NCBI GenBank assembly: GCA_028716665.1
Contig: JAQUPP010000001.1
Span: forward strand, 413,046 to 477,045
Reading direction: 5' to 3'
From: Patescibacteria group bacterium
GTDB lineage: Bacteria > Patescibacteriota > Patescibacteriia > UBA2591 > JAQUPP01
Length of the DNA stretch: 64,000 bases
Every line of letters begins with the position of its first letter. Positions within the stretch are counted from its first letter, which is position 1. The position numbers and the translations under genes were made by a program. Below, in pieces: positions 19,273-26,868 of the stretch. The notes under the pieces are model-generated. The model searched no databases. It saw only the letters and a program-made list of their open reading frames with translations, and had not been told where the DNA came from.

Positions 19273-19282
19273 GAGGTGGAAG

Positions 19283-19432
19283 ATGGGAGACAAAAAAATC
19301 CTGCGTGTTAAGGGATACAGTAACATCGATAAAATTTGTTGGAGCAAATTTTCGCCCAACGAATATAAGATAGAAGACGTTTGGTTTATGGGACACTATA
19401 TATGGAAAGTAGTATTAGTCAGAAAAGCCTAA
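19283..19432 (+). CDS. small ORF, 49 aa, not in ORF track
   Basis: ATG 6 nt after AGGAGGTGGAAG; lies between the two flanking small genes. Confidence 0.3.
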   Translation: MGDKKILRVKGYSNIDKICWSKFSPNEYKIEDVWFMGHYIWKVVLVRKA

Positions 19433-19443
19433 AGGAGGCAAAG

Positions 19444-19728
19444 ATGAATAAATATCAAGTGATGGTAGAAGGCGGAAGTGTAACCGTTTGTGGAGATAGA
19501 AAAACACCAAGGTGTGTGCTTAGAAAAAAGGCAAAGAAAACTGGTGGCGAAGATTTTCAACCCGCAGATTATACTTATATAGGAAATGGAGAGTGGATGG
19601 TAAGAGAAAAAGACGTCAAAATAGGCAAACCAATTGAGGTTCAGACTAGTCGAGAAGCGGTGAGAAAAGTGGCCCTCTTAGAAAGGATGTCGCAAACTAA
19701 TTTGTTTGCGGTTAAAGTGCCAAAATAA
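19444..19728 (+). CDS. hypothetical small protein
   Basis: ATG after AAAGGAGGCAAAG; shares an MNxYQV N-terminal motif with the C-terminal half of 18877-19272; terminator hairpin follows. Confidence 0.4.
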   Translation: MNKYQVMVEGGSVTVCGDRKTPRCVLRKKAKKTGGEDFQPADYTYIGNGEWMVREKDVKIGKPIEVQTSREAVRKVALLERMSQTNLFAVKVPK

Positions 19729-19807
19729 AAAAATTTTTAGCGCCCGTTTATAAAAAACGGGCGCTATTTTTTTGGACAAATTTTTTAAAAATAGTATTAT
19801 AAATGGT

Positions 19808-20869
19808 ATGAGAATATTTTTAAGCGGCGGCGGCACAGGCGGTTCGGTCAGTCCGCTTTTAGCCATCAGCCAAGAAATAAAGAAACATAATCCGGAAGCA
19901 AAATTTTTATTTATCGGAACTCGCCAAGGTTTGCCGGAGAGGGAATTGGCTCAATCATACAATATTCCTTATCAACCGATTTTTTCCGGTAAATTGAGCC
20001 GTTATTTTTGTTGGCGCAATTTTGTTTCTCCATTTTTAATTATTGCAGGTTTTTTACAATCTGTTTTTTTAATTTTAAAATTTAAGCCAAAAGCTATTGT
20101 TTCGGCCGGGGGATTTGTCGCCGTGCCATTGGTTTGGGCCGGTTGGTTTTTCAGAACGCCGATTTTTATCCATCAACAAGATGTTATTCCGGGTTTAGCC
20201 AATAAATTAATGGCTCCTTTTGCTAAAATTATCACCGTCAGTTTGGAAAAATCGTTGAATGATTTTCTGAAAGAAAAAACCGTTTTGACCGGTAATCCGG
20301 TTCGCCCGGACATAAAAAATTATTCTCGAGAAAGAGCGATTAAAAGATTTGATTTGGAAACTAATTTGCCGACATTATTGGTTATCGGCGGCGGCACAGG
20401 CGCGGAAAATATCAATAAATTGATTAATAAAATTATTCCCGAATTGGTTAAATTTTGTCAGATAATTCACATAACAGGGAAAAGAAAAATACAAGTTGCG
20501 CAAACTCTAACTCATTATCATCAATACGAATTTTTAAACGAAGCGATGCCAGATGCTTTAACGATTGCCGATTTGATTATCAGCCGAGCCGGAATGGGAT
20601 TTCTAACCGAATTGTCAATTTTGGGAAAACCGGCGATTATAATTCCAATGCCGAATTCGCACCAAGAAATTAATGCTCAATATTTTGCCGAACAAAAGGC
20701 GATTGTTTTAATGGAAGAAAAAAATATCAATCATAAAATTTTATTTGATAAAATTCATCAATTGATTTTTGCCGCCAGCGAACGTTCTGTTTTGAGTTTG
20801 AATATTTCCAAATTGGCCAAGCCTGATGCCGCTTCCAAAATTGCGGAAATTATTTTGAAGAACATTTGA
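19808..20869 (+). CDS. murG: undecaprenyldiphospho-muramoylpentapeptide beta-N-acetylglucosaminyltransferase MurG
   Basis: N-terminal GGTGG motif and GT28 two-domain fold. Start placed at MRIFLSGGG. Confidence 0.8.
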   Translation: MRIFLSGGGTGGSVSPLLAISQEIKKHNPEAKFLFIGTRQGLPERELAQSYNIPYQPIFSGKLSRYFCWRNFVSPFLIIAGFLQSVFLILKFKPKAIVSAGGFVAVPLVWAGWFFRTPIFIHQQDVIPGLANKLMAPFAKIITVSLEKSLNDFLKEKTVLTGNPVRPDIKNYSRERAIKRFDLETNLPTLLVIGGGTGAENINKLINKIIPELVKFCQIIHITGKRKIQVAQTLTHYHQYEFLNEAMPDALTIADLIISRAGMGFLTELSILGKPAIIIPMPNSHQEINAQYFAEQKAIVLMEEKNINHKILFDKIHQLIFAASERSVLSLNISKLAKPDAASKIAEIILKNI

Positions 20870-20943
20870 CAAAAAGTAATAGTAGAATATAATAAGCAAT
20901 AGAAAAATAAAAAGTTTGCTCATTGGCAGACAAGGGGGATAAA

Positions 20944-21543
20944 ATGGCTCTTTTAAATTTTTTAGGTTTTTTAGGTCTTTGGTATGTTAAAGTAGTGATT
21001 TCGTTGTTTATTATTTTCATGATAATTTGTTTTATTCAGTCTATTGGGAATAAAATTTTGAAAAAACGTTTTCCCGATGACGCAGCTTTCATTAAGTACA
21101 TGAGACAATTCTATGGTTTCAAAGTTCTCCTTGATTATGCTGAATCAAAGGGTATAACCGTGAAAATGGGTGGAAGAAGAAATGGAAGTTGGGATATGGA
21201 AAATAAAATTATTACGATTGATATTGATACTGTTTTTAAGGAAAAATATCGGTTAATGGGGATGGCATTTTTCGCTCATCAAATCGGACACATTGAATCG
21301 TTTGATCCGCAAATTTCCGAATGCAGAAATAAATTAAGGGAAAAAAATTCCGATACGTACTTCATCTGTTACTATGAAGAAAAAATGGCATGGGAGGCAG
21401 GAAGTAAAATTTTGGATTGTTTGGAACTATTAATTCCCGAATATTGGCGATATTATGAACGTCAATGTCTAAATAATTTATGCCCTGATTTTCCTTGTCC
21501 CTTTTTCGAAAAGAATAATACCAAAGAGCCTCAAACAACATGA
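20944..21543 (+). CDS. membrane-anchored DUF955 (ImmA/IrrE-like) domain protein, degenerate HQxxH
   Basis: N-terminal TM, KGITVKMG...ITIDIDT...FAHQIGHIE pattern of ImmA/IrrE metallopeptidases, Cys-rich C-terminus. Confidence 0.45.
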   Translation: MALLNFLGFLGLWYVKVVISLFIIFMIICFIQSIGNKILKKRFPDDAAFIKYMRQFYGFKVLLDYAESKGITVKMGGRRNGSWDMENKIITIDIDTVFKEKYRLMGMAFFAHQIGHIESFDPQISECRNKLREKNSDTYFICYYEEKMAWEAGSKILDCLELLIPEYWRYYERQCLNNLCPDFPCPFFEKNNTKEPQTT

Positions 21544-21665
21544 TAACGTGAAATTAAAAAATGCCCTCTGAAATCAGAGGGCATTTTAATATCTTGACAA
21601 AAACCGAAAAATGTGCTTAAATAATAGTAATCCAGACAATAAAGTTTGGAAACCAGGAGGAAATA

Positions 21666-22391
21666 ATGGATCTTTTAAAATCATTTATATTGGCAGTATT
21701 TATTGTTTCAATACCAAAGATATTAGAGGGAATGAGTTGGGTTCTTGCGTATATGGAAGTATTCATGAAATATTGGGTTTTTAGGCCGATTTATTACAAT
21801 CAGGTTTCTCGTCGACTTTATCCCAGACAAAATCGGAAACTGAAAAAATATCTGAGAAATTCACCGGTTTTTTCCAAGCTTTTGGCTTATGCCACATTAA
21901 ATGGGATAAAAGTGGAGAAGGGATGTTCTCGCAATCCTAACTGTGATTGGTCTGCTTGTACTTCAATCAGTACAGTTAAAGTTTACAATGTTAATGATGT
22001 TTATAGATTTAAACGTCAAGAAGAGGGGGTTTATTCTTTCGCGCACGAAATAGGGCATATTGAATTTCACAGAAATAAACCTACTCCAAAATGTTGGGAT
22101 GAGATGGAAAAAATTGAAGATCCTCCGCTCAGTTTTAAAGAAAAACTTGAAGCCTGGATAAAGAAAGATTCTGACAAATCTTGCGGATGTTTTTGGGACG
22201 AGTGGATGGGGTGGATATATGGTTATAATGCTCTCAGATCCGCGGGCGTGCCAATTAATGAAAAAAAATATTGGCGAATTGCTTTGAATTGTATTCCCCA
22301 ACATGAAGTTTGTCCTCTTTGGCCATTCGGATGCGAAAAGTTTAACGCCATTCAAACTCTAGAGAAGAAATATAGAGAAAAATTAAAATAA
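21666..22391 (+). CDS. membrane-anchored ImmA/IrrE family metallopeptidase (HEIGH)
   Basis: Paralogue of the preceding gene with an intact HExxH (FAHEIGHIEFH); Cys-rich C-terminal region. Confidence 0.5.
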   Translation: MDLLKSFILAVFIVSIPKILEGMSWVLAYMEVFMKYWVFRPIYYNQVSRRLYPRQNRKLKKYLRNSPVFSKLLAYATLNGIKVEKGCSRNPNCDWSACTSISTVKVYNVNDVYRFKRQEEGVYSFAHEIGHIEFHRNKPTPKCWDEMEKIEDPPLSFKEKLEAWIKKDSDKSCGCFWDEWMGWIYGYNALRSAGVPINEKKYWRIALNCIPQHEVCPLWPFGCEKFNAIQTLEKKYREKLK

Positions 22392-22553
22392 AAAGCCTCC
22401 TGAATTATAGGGGGCTTTTTTATATTATAATAATGCATTAATTTAAAAATTGGTCTTGACATTTTTGAAAAAATATGCTACAATAATATCAATACTGAGA
22501 AAGTTTTTGGCATAAAGCCAATGATTTAAAACTCGGTATAAATGGGGGAAACG

Positions 22554-23210
22554 ATGGATAAAAAATCTATCGGCGCAGAAACGGCCAAATTGGCTGGTCT
22601 GCATATGGACTGCAATATGAAGATCAAAGATCTTCAACTCGGTTTAGACGAATATGAATGTTTTCTAAACCTGACTTCAGAACAGCGTCAACAAGCCTTA
22701 GCACCTTTCAAAAAGGATTCGCGCTTCAAATTGGCTAATGCGTTTGAAATTGTCGTGCCAAAGGGGTATGACCACGCCACTCGTTTGACTGTTTTCAAAG
22801 CAACACACGGTAAAGAGTTTTATTATTACAATCCTGAAATCACTGACAAGAATTTTGATAAAGCGACGACAAAACTTTTACCCGGTCGGAAATTTAAAGT
22901 AAAAGTTTTTCAGATTACGGAAACAGTAAATTCAGAGGACTGTTTGAAATTTCTCAAAACGCAGAAAGCTGTTTTAACCGGAGCTCAGGGCGCGTCATTG
23001 GTTTATGAACTTGCCAAAAACAAGTTGCCAAAGGGCCATTGGTATATTTCATTTGATAAGAAAGATTCTCTTTGGATTGAATCTGGCGGTGTTCACCGCG
23101 TGCCGGGCGTCTTCCGCCGCTCGGATGGCGACTTCGAGTTCTACCTCGGCAACTTTGAGCATGGCTGGGACGACGACTGCTGCTTGCTCTGCTTCTGCGA
23201 CTGTGATTGA
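22554..23210 (+). CDS. hypothetical protein with GC-rich 3' end encoding a Cys-rich tail
   Basis: SD GGGGGAAACG-ATG. The last ~125 nt is conspicuously GC-rich and encodes ...GWDDDCCLLCFCDCD; terminator hairpin follows. Confidence 0.45.
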   Translation: MDKKSIGAETAKLAGLHMDCNMKIKDLQLGLDEYECFLNLTSEQRQQALAPFKKDSRFKLANAFEIVVPKGYDHATRLTVFKATHGKEFYYYNPEITDKNFDKATTKLLPGRKFKVKVFQITETVNSEDCLKFLKTQKAVLTGAQGASLVYELAKNKLPKGHWYISFDKKDSLWIESGGVHRVPGVFRRSDGDFEFYLGNFEHGWDDDCCLLCFCDCD

Positions 23211-23286
23211 TTAGAAAATTAAATTCAGACCTCCTGTTTCGACAGGAGGTCTTTTTTATTTATAAAAAAAGTGTAGAATATTAATC

Positions 23287-23556
23287 ATGCCCGCCCAAAT
23301 TTTTTATTACGTATACATTTTGCGCAGTTTAAAAGATAGTAAATTTTATATTGGCTTTACAAAAGATTTAAGAAGAAGACTAGAAGAACACAATAATAAA
23401 ATGTCTACATCTACTAAATCAAGAGCGCCATTTACTTTGGTTTATTATGAAGCATATCTTCATTCAGGAGATGCCAAAGAACGAGAAAGATTTTTTAAAT
23501 CTGGGTGGGGTAGAAATTATATTAAAAAATCACTTAAACGTTATTTATGTCAATAA
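23287..23556 (+). CDS. GIY-YIG nuclease family protein, copy 3
   Basis: YYVYILRS...KFYIGFT motif set. The stop overlaps the murC start. Flanked by the two halves of a 34-nt palindrome. Confidence 0.8.
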   Translation: MPAQIFYYVYILRSLKDSKFYIGFTKDLRRRLEEHNNKMSTSTKSRAPFTLVYYEAYLHSGDAKERERFFKSGWGRNYIKKSLKRYLCQ

Positions 23557-25022
23557 AAAATTTAGGCGGGAAAAAAATACATTTTATCGGCTTGGGTGGA
23601 ATCGGGGTAAGCGCTCTGGCAAAAATGATGATTCAACAGGGCAAAAAAGTTTTTGGCTCTGATTTGAATTCTTCCGAAATAATCAAGAAACTGGAAAAAA
23701 TGGGAGTTAAATTTTATCAAGGCCATAAAGCGGAAAATTTGTCAGCTGATATTGATTTGGTTATTTATTCGCCGGCCGTGGAAAAAAATAATCCGGAAAG
23801 AATAAAAGCGAAAAAATTATCCATTCCCGAATTTTCTTATCCGGAATTTTTAGGAGAATTAAGCAAAGAAAAATTCACTATTGCTGTCAGCGGCACGCAT
23901 GGCAAATCAACCACTACGGCGATTTTGGGTTTGATTTTGGAACAAGCCAAATTGGATCCGTTAGTGATTGTCGGAAGTAAGGTGCCTCAATGGAATGGAA
24001 ATTTACGCATATCACGGACTAATACGGACTCAACGCGGACCAACACGGACAGTCAGCGTAAGTCAGTGTCAGGTCAGTGTCAGTCTGTGTTTGTGGTGGA
24101 AGCTTGCGAATGGCGGGCGCATATGTTGAATTTATCGCCCAAAATGATTGTTTTGAATAATTTGGAATTGGATCATACTGATTATTATAAAGACATCGAT
24201 CATTTAATTAGAACTTTTAAAACATATATTAAAAAATTGCCCAAAGACGGAGTTATAATTTTAAACGTTGACGATGTTAATTTGACCAAGCTTAAATCAA
24301 AAAACAAGACCATAACTTTTGGCATTAAAAATCACGCCGAAGTAATGGCGAAAAATATTATTACCAAACACGGCGAGCAAATTTTTGATTTATGTTTTAA
24401 GGGTAAAACTTACAATTTCCGGTTGAAAGTTCCGGGAATTTTTAATGTTTATAATGTTTTGGCGGCAACAGCCGGCGCTTTGGCATTGGGCGTTAAACCC
24501 GAAATAATTAAAAAATCCGTAGAAAATTTCTACGGGATTTGGCGAAGATTTGAGAAAATAGGGGAATATAAAAAAGCGATTATTATTTCCGATTATGCTC
24601 ATCATCCGACTGCTGTTTCCGGCACTATTCAAGCGGCTAAAGAATTTTACCCAGGAAAAAGAATCGTGGCAATATTTCAGCCTCATCATCACAATCGGAC
24701 TAAAAAATTATTTAAGGAGTTTATCAAGTGTTTTAAAGGCGCTGACCTGACAATCATTTCGGAAATTTACGATGTAGCGGGTCGAGAAGAAGAAAAAGAT
24801 CAAGATGTCAGTTCAAAAGATTTGGTTAAAGCAATCCGCGCCAGATATGAAAAAATTCCAAATTCCAAATTCCAAATTCCAAATTCTAAAAATGTTTTAT
24901 ATGCTAAAAATTTAGTAGAAGTTAAACAACTAATATTAAAGAACATAAAGCCAGGTGACGTAATCCTTGTCATGGGCGCAGGGGATATTTATCAAATTGC
25001 CAATGATTTGGTAAAAAGATAA
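23547..25022 (+). CDS. murC: UDP-N-acetylmuramate--L-alanine ligase MurC
   Basis: GIGGIGVSALA and GTHGKSTTT motifs and the Mur ligase C-terminal domain. Contains two odd in-frame repeat insertions (see findings). Confidence 0.85.
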   Translation: MSIKNLGGKKIHFIGLGGIGVSALAKMMIQQGKKVFGSDLNSSEIIKKLEKMGVKFYQGHKAENLSADIDLVIYSPAVEKNNPERIKAKKLSIPEFSYPEFLGELSKEKFTIAVSGTHGKSTTTAILGLILEQAKLDPLVIVGSKVPQWNGNLRISRTNTDSTRTNTDSQRKSVSGQCQSVFVVEACEWRAHMLNLSPKMIVLNNLELDHTDYYKDIDHLIRTFKTYIKKLPKDGVIILNVDDVNLTKLKSKNKTITFGIKNHAEVMAKNIITKHGEQIFDLCFKGKTYNFRLKVPGIFNVYNVLAATAGALALGVKPEIIKKSVENFYGIWRRFEKIGEYKKAIIISDYAHHPTAVSGTIQAAKEFYPGKRIVAIFQPHHHNRTKKLFKEFIKCFKGADLTIISEIYDVAGREEEKDQDVSSKDLVKAIRARYEKIPNSKFQIPNSKNVLYAKNLVEVKQLILKNIKPGDVILVMGAGDIYQIANDLVKR

Positions 25023-25056
25023 TTGGGATTTATTTGAAAAAGTTTTCCACAGATTA

Positions 25057-25083
25057 TTAGCACTCGGACTTGACGAGTGCTAA
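25057..25083. promoter_or_regulatory. CIRCE operator (HrcA binding site) overlapping a TTGACG-N17-TACAAT promoter
   Basis: Perfect TTAGCACTC-N9-GAGTGCTAA inverted repeat upstream of hrcA-grpE-dnaK. Confidence 0.85.
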
Positions 25084-25240
25084 TTTTTAGTCTACAATAT
25101 TTTTTTGTATGCCAGGTAGTGAAAATTTGGTTAATAATCAATAAAGACAAGATTTTTACAAGCTGGCTTTTTAAAGAAATAAATTTATATTTTAAAAATA
25201 AATATAAAATTTAATAAATATCAAATTTCTACTACCTGGT

Positions 25241-25975
25241 ATGTTAACTCAAAGGCAAAATCAATTGCTTAAAACCATTGTCTCTCAATATATTAAAACC
25301 GCGGAGCCGGTTAGTTCAGAGTCATTGGCTGATAAATATAGATTGTCGGCCCAAGGCCGATCCGCCTCGGGCGGAAAAATAAGTCCGGCTACTATTCGCA
25401 ATGAGATGATGGAATTAACCAAAGAAAATTTTTTAATCCAGCCGCATACTTCGGCCGGCCGTATTCCCACTGAGAAGGCCTATCATTATTATATTAAAAA
25501 TTTTTTACAGCAAGAAGAAGTCAGCCAAATTGAAAAAAGAAAATTAAACAGCGCCAGAAAAGAAAATCAGTCTTTGGAAATTTCAGCCAAGAGAATCGGC
25601 GAGAAAATAGCGGAGTTGACCAACGGATTGGTTATTTTGGCTTTTGATAAAGATAATTTTTATTACACCGGCCTTTCTTCCTTGTTTAGCCAACCAGAAT
25701 TCAATCAAATGGAAGTTGTTTATAATGTTTCGCAAATTATAGATCATTTGGATCAAACCGTTGCCAAAATTTTTGACGAAATAGAAAGCAATCACCGCGT
25801 TTTTTTGGGACGAAGCAACCCGTTTGGTGATTTTTGCGGAACAATTTTAATCAAATATCATACACCAAATCAAAAAAGGGGCGTAGTATTGGGTCTTTTG
25901 GGACCGATGAGAATGGATTACAACAGAAATATCGCTTTAATAGAATATGCCAAAGAGATATTGGACAAAGTTTAG
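25241..25975 (+). CDS. hrcA: heat-inducible transcription repressor HrcA
   Basis: N-terminal wHTH alignable to B. subtilis HrcA (SPATIRNEM) with an 11-aa in-frame insertion; CIRCE lies upstream. Confidence 0.85.
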   Translation: MLTQRQNQLLKTIVSQYIKTAEPVSSESLADKYRLSAQGRSASGGKISPATIRNEMMELTKENFLIQPHTSAGRIPTEKAYHYYIKNFLQQEEVSQIEKRKLNSARKENQSLEISAKRIGEKIAELTNGLVILAFDKDNFYYTGLSSLFSQPEFNQMEVVYNVSQIIDHLDQTVAKIFDEIESNHRVFLGRSNPFGDFCGTILIKYHTPNQKRGVVLGLLGPMRMDYNRNIALIEYAKEILDKV

Positions 25976-25992
25976 AAATTAAAAATTTTATT

Positions 25993-26286
25993 ATGCCAGG
26001 TAGTGAAACTTTGATAACGATTATGTTTTATTATGTCTATGTTTTACAAAGTATAAAAAATAATGGCCTTTATGTGGGTTATACTTTAGATTTAAAGAAA
26101 AGATTACAAGAACATAATCGTAAATTAAATTTTTCTACCAAAGCAAATATCCCATGGAAACTTATTCACTATGAAGCCTATCTTAATAAAGACGATGCGC
26201 AACGTCGAGAGAAATATCTCAAAACTTCTCAAGGAGCCAGATTATTAAAGCGCATGCTTAAAGAATATTTTTATAATAATAAATAA
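25993..26286 (+). CDS. GIY-YIG nuclease family protein, copy 4 (between hrcA and grpE)
   Basis: MFYYVYVLQS...LYVGYT motif set; ATG embedded in the left terminal inverted repeat. Confidence 0.7.
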   Translation: MPGSETLITIMFYYVYVLQSIKNNGLYVGYTLDLKKRLQEHNRKLNFSTKANIPWKLIHYEAYLNKDDAQRREKYLKTSQGARLLKRMLKEYFYNNK

Positions 26287-26306
26287 TCAAAGTTCTACTA
26301 CCTGGT

Positions 26307-26837
26307 ATGTCAGATGAAGAAATAAAAAAATTGCAAGAAGAAATCGAATTAATGAAGCAACAAGCGGAAGAATATTTAAACGGCTGGAAAAGAACCAAGG
26401 CCGATTATCTTAATCGCGAAAAAGAAATTGATAAAGAAAAAATTGAATGGATAAAATTCGCCAATTTGGAATTAATTTTGAATTTTTTGCCGATTATGGA
26501 CAGCTTTGATCACTCGGTAAAAAATTTAACGGAAATAGAAAACAGTGGTTTGACAAGCTCACCACGAGATGGTTCGACTTCTTCGACAAGCTCAGGGCAA
26601 GCAAGCTCACCACAAGGCGAGTGGGCAAATGGCGTTTTAAAAATCAAAGACCAATTTGAAAGTTTTTTAAAAGCGCAGGGCGTTGAAAAAATAAAAACTT
26701 TGGGAGAAAAATTCGACCCCATGTTTCACGAAGCAATTGGCAAACAAGGGGAAGAGAATGAAATTGTTGAAGAAATTCAAAGCGGATACGTGATGCACGG
26801 CCGAGTTATCAGACCGGCGAAAGTAATAATTAAGTAA
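26307..26837 (+). CDS. grpE: nucleotide exchange factor GrpE
   Basis: GrpE coiled-coil and beta domain (FLPIMDSFD, FDPMFHEAIG) with a 23-aa in-frame insertion. Confidence 0.85.
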   Translation: MSDEEIKKLQEEIELMKQQAEEYLNGWKRTKADYLNREKEIDKEKIEWIKFANLELILNFLPIMDSFDHSVKNLTEIENSGLTSSPRDGSTSSTSSGQASSPQGEWANGVLKIKDQFESFLKAQGVEKIKTLGEKFDPMFHEAIGKQGEENEIVEEIQSGYVMHGRVIRPAKVIIK

Positions 26838-26868
26838 ATTTAATAATTAATTTGTAAATAATAAATAT

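Noticed and set aside
23005-23214. 69-aa + strand ORF rich in Ala/Ser/Thr overlapping the end of 22554-23210
   Set aside because: By-product of the GC-rich 3' segment, where any frame is open. The frame carrying the SD and ATG is the 219-aa gene.
24856-24887. Heptamer tract as a phase-variation switch for murC
   Set aside because: murC is essential and the tract is near the 3' end. Without read-level heterogeneity, phase variation cannot be claimed; it is kept only as a microsatellite observation.
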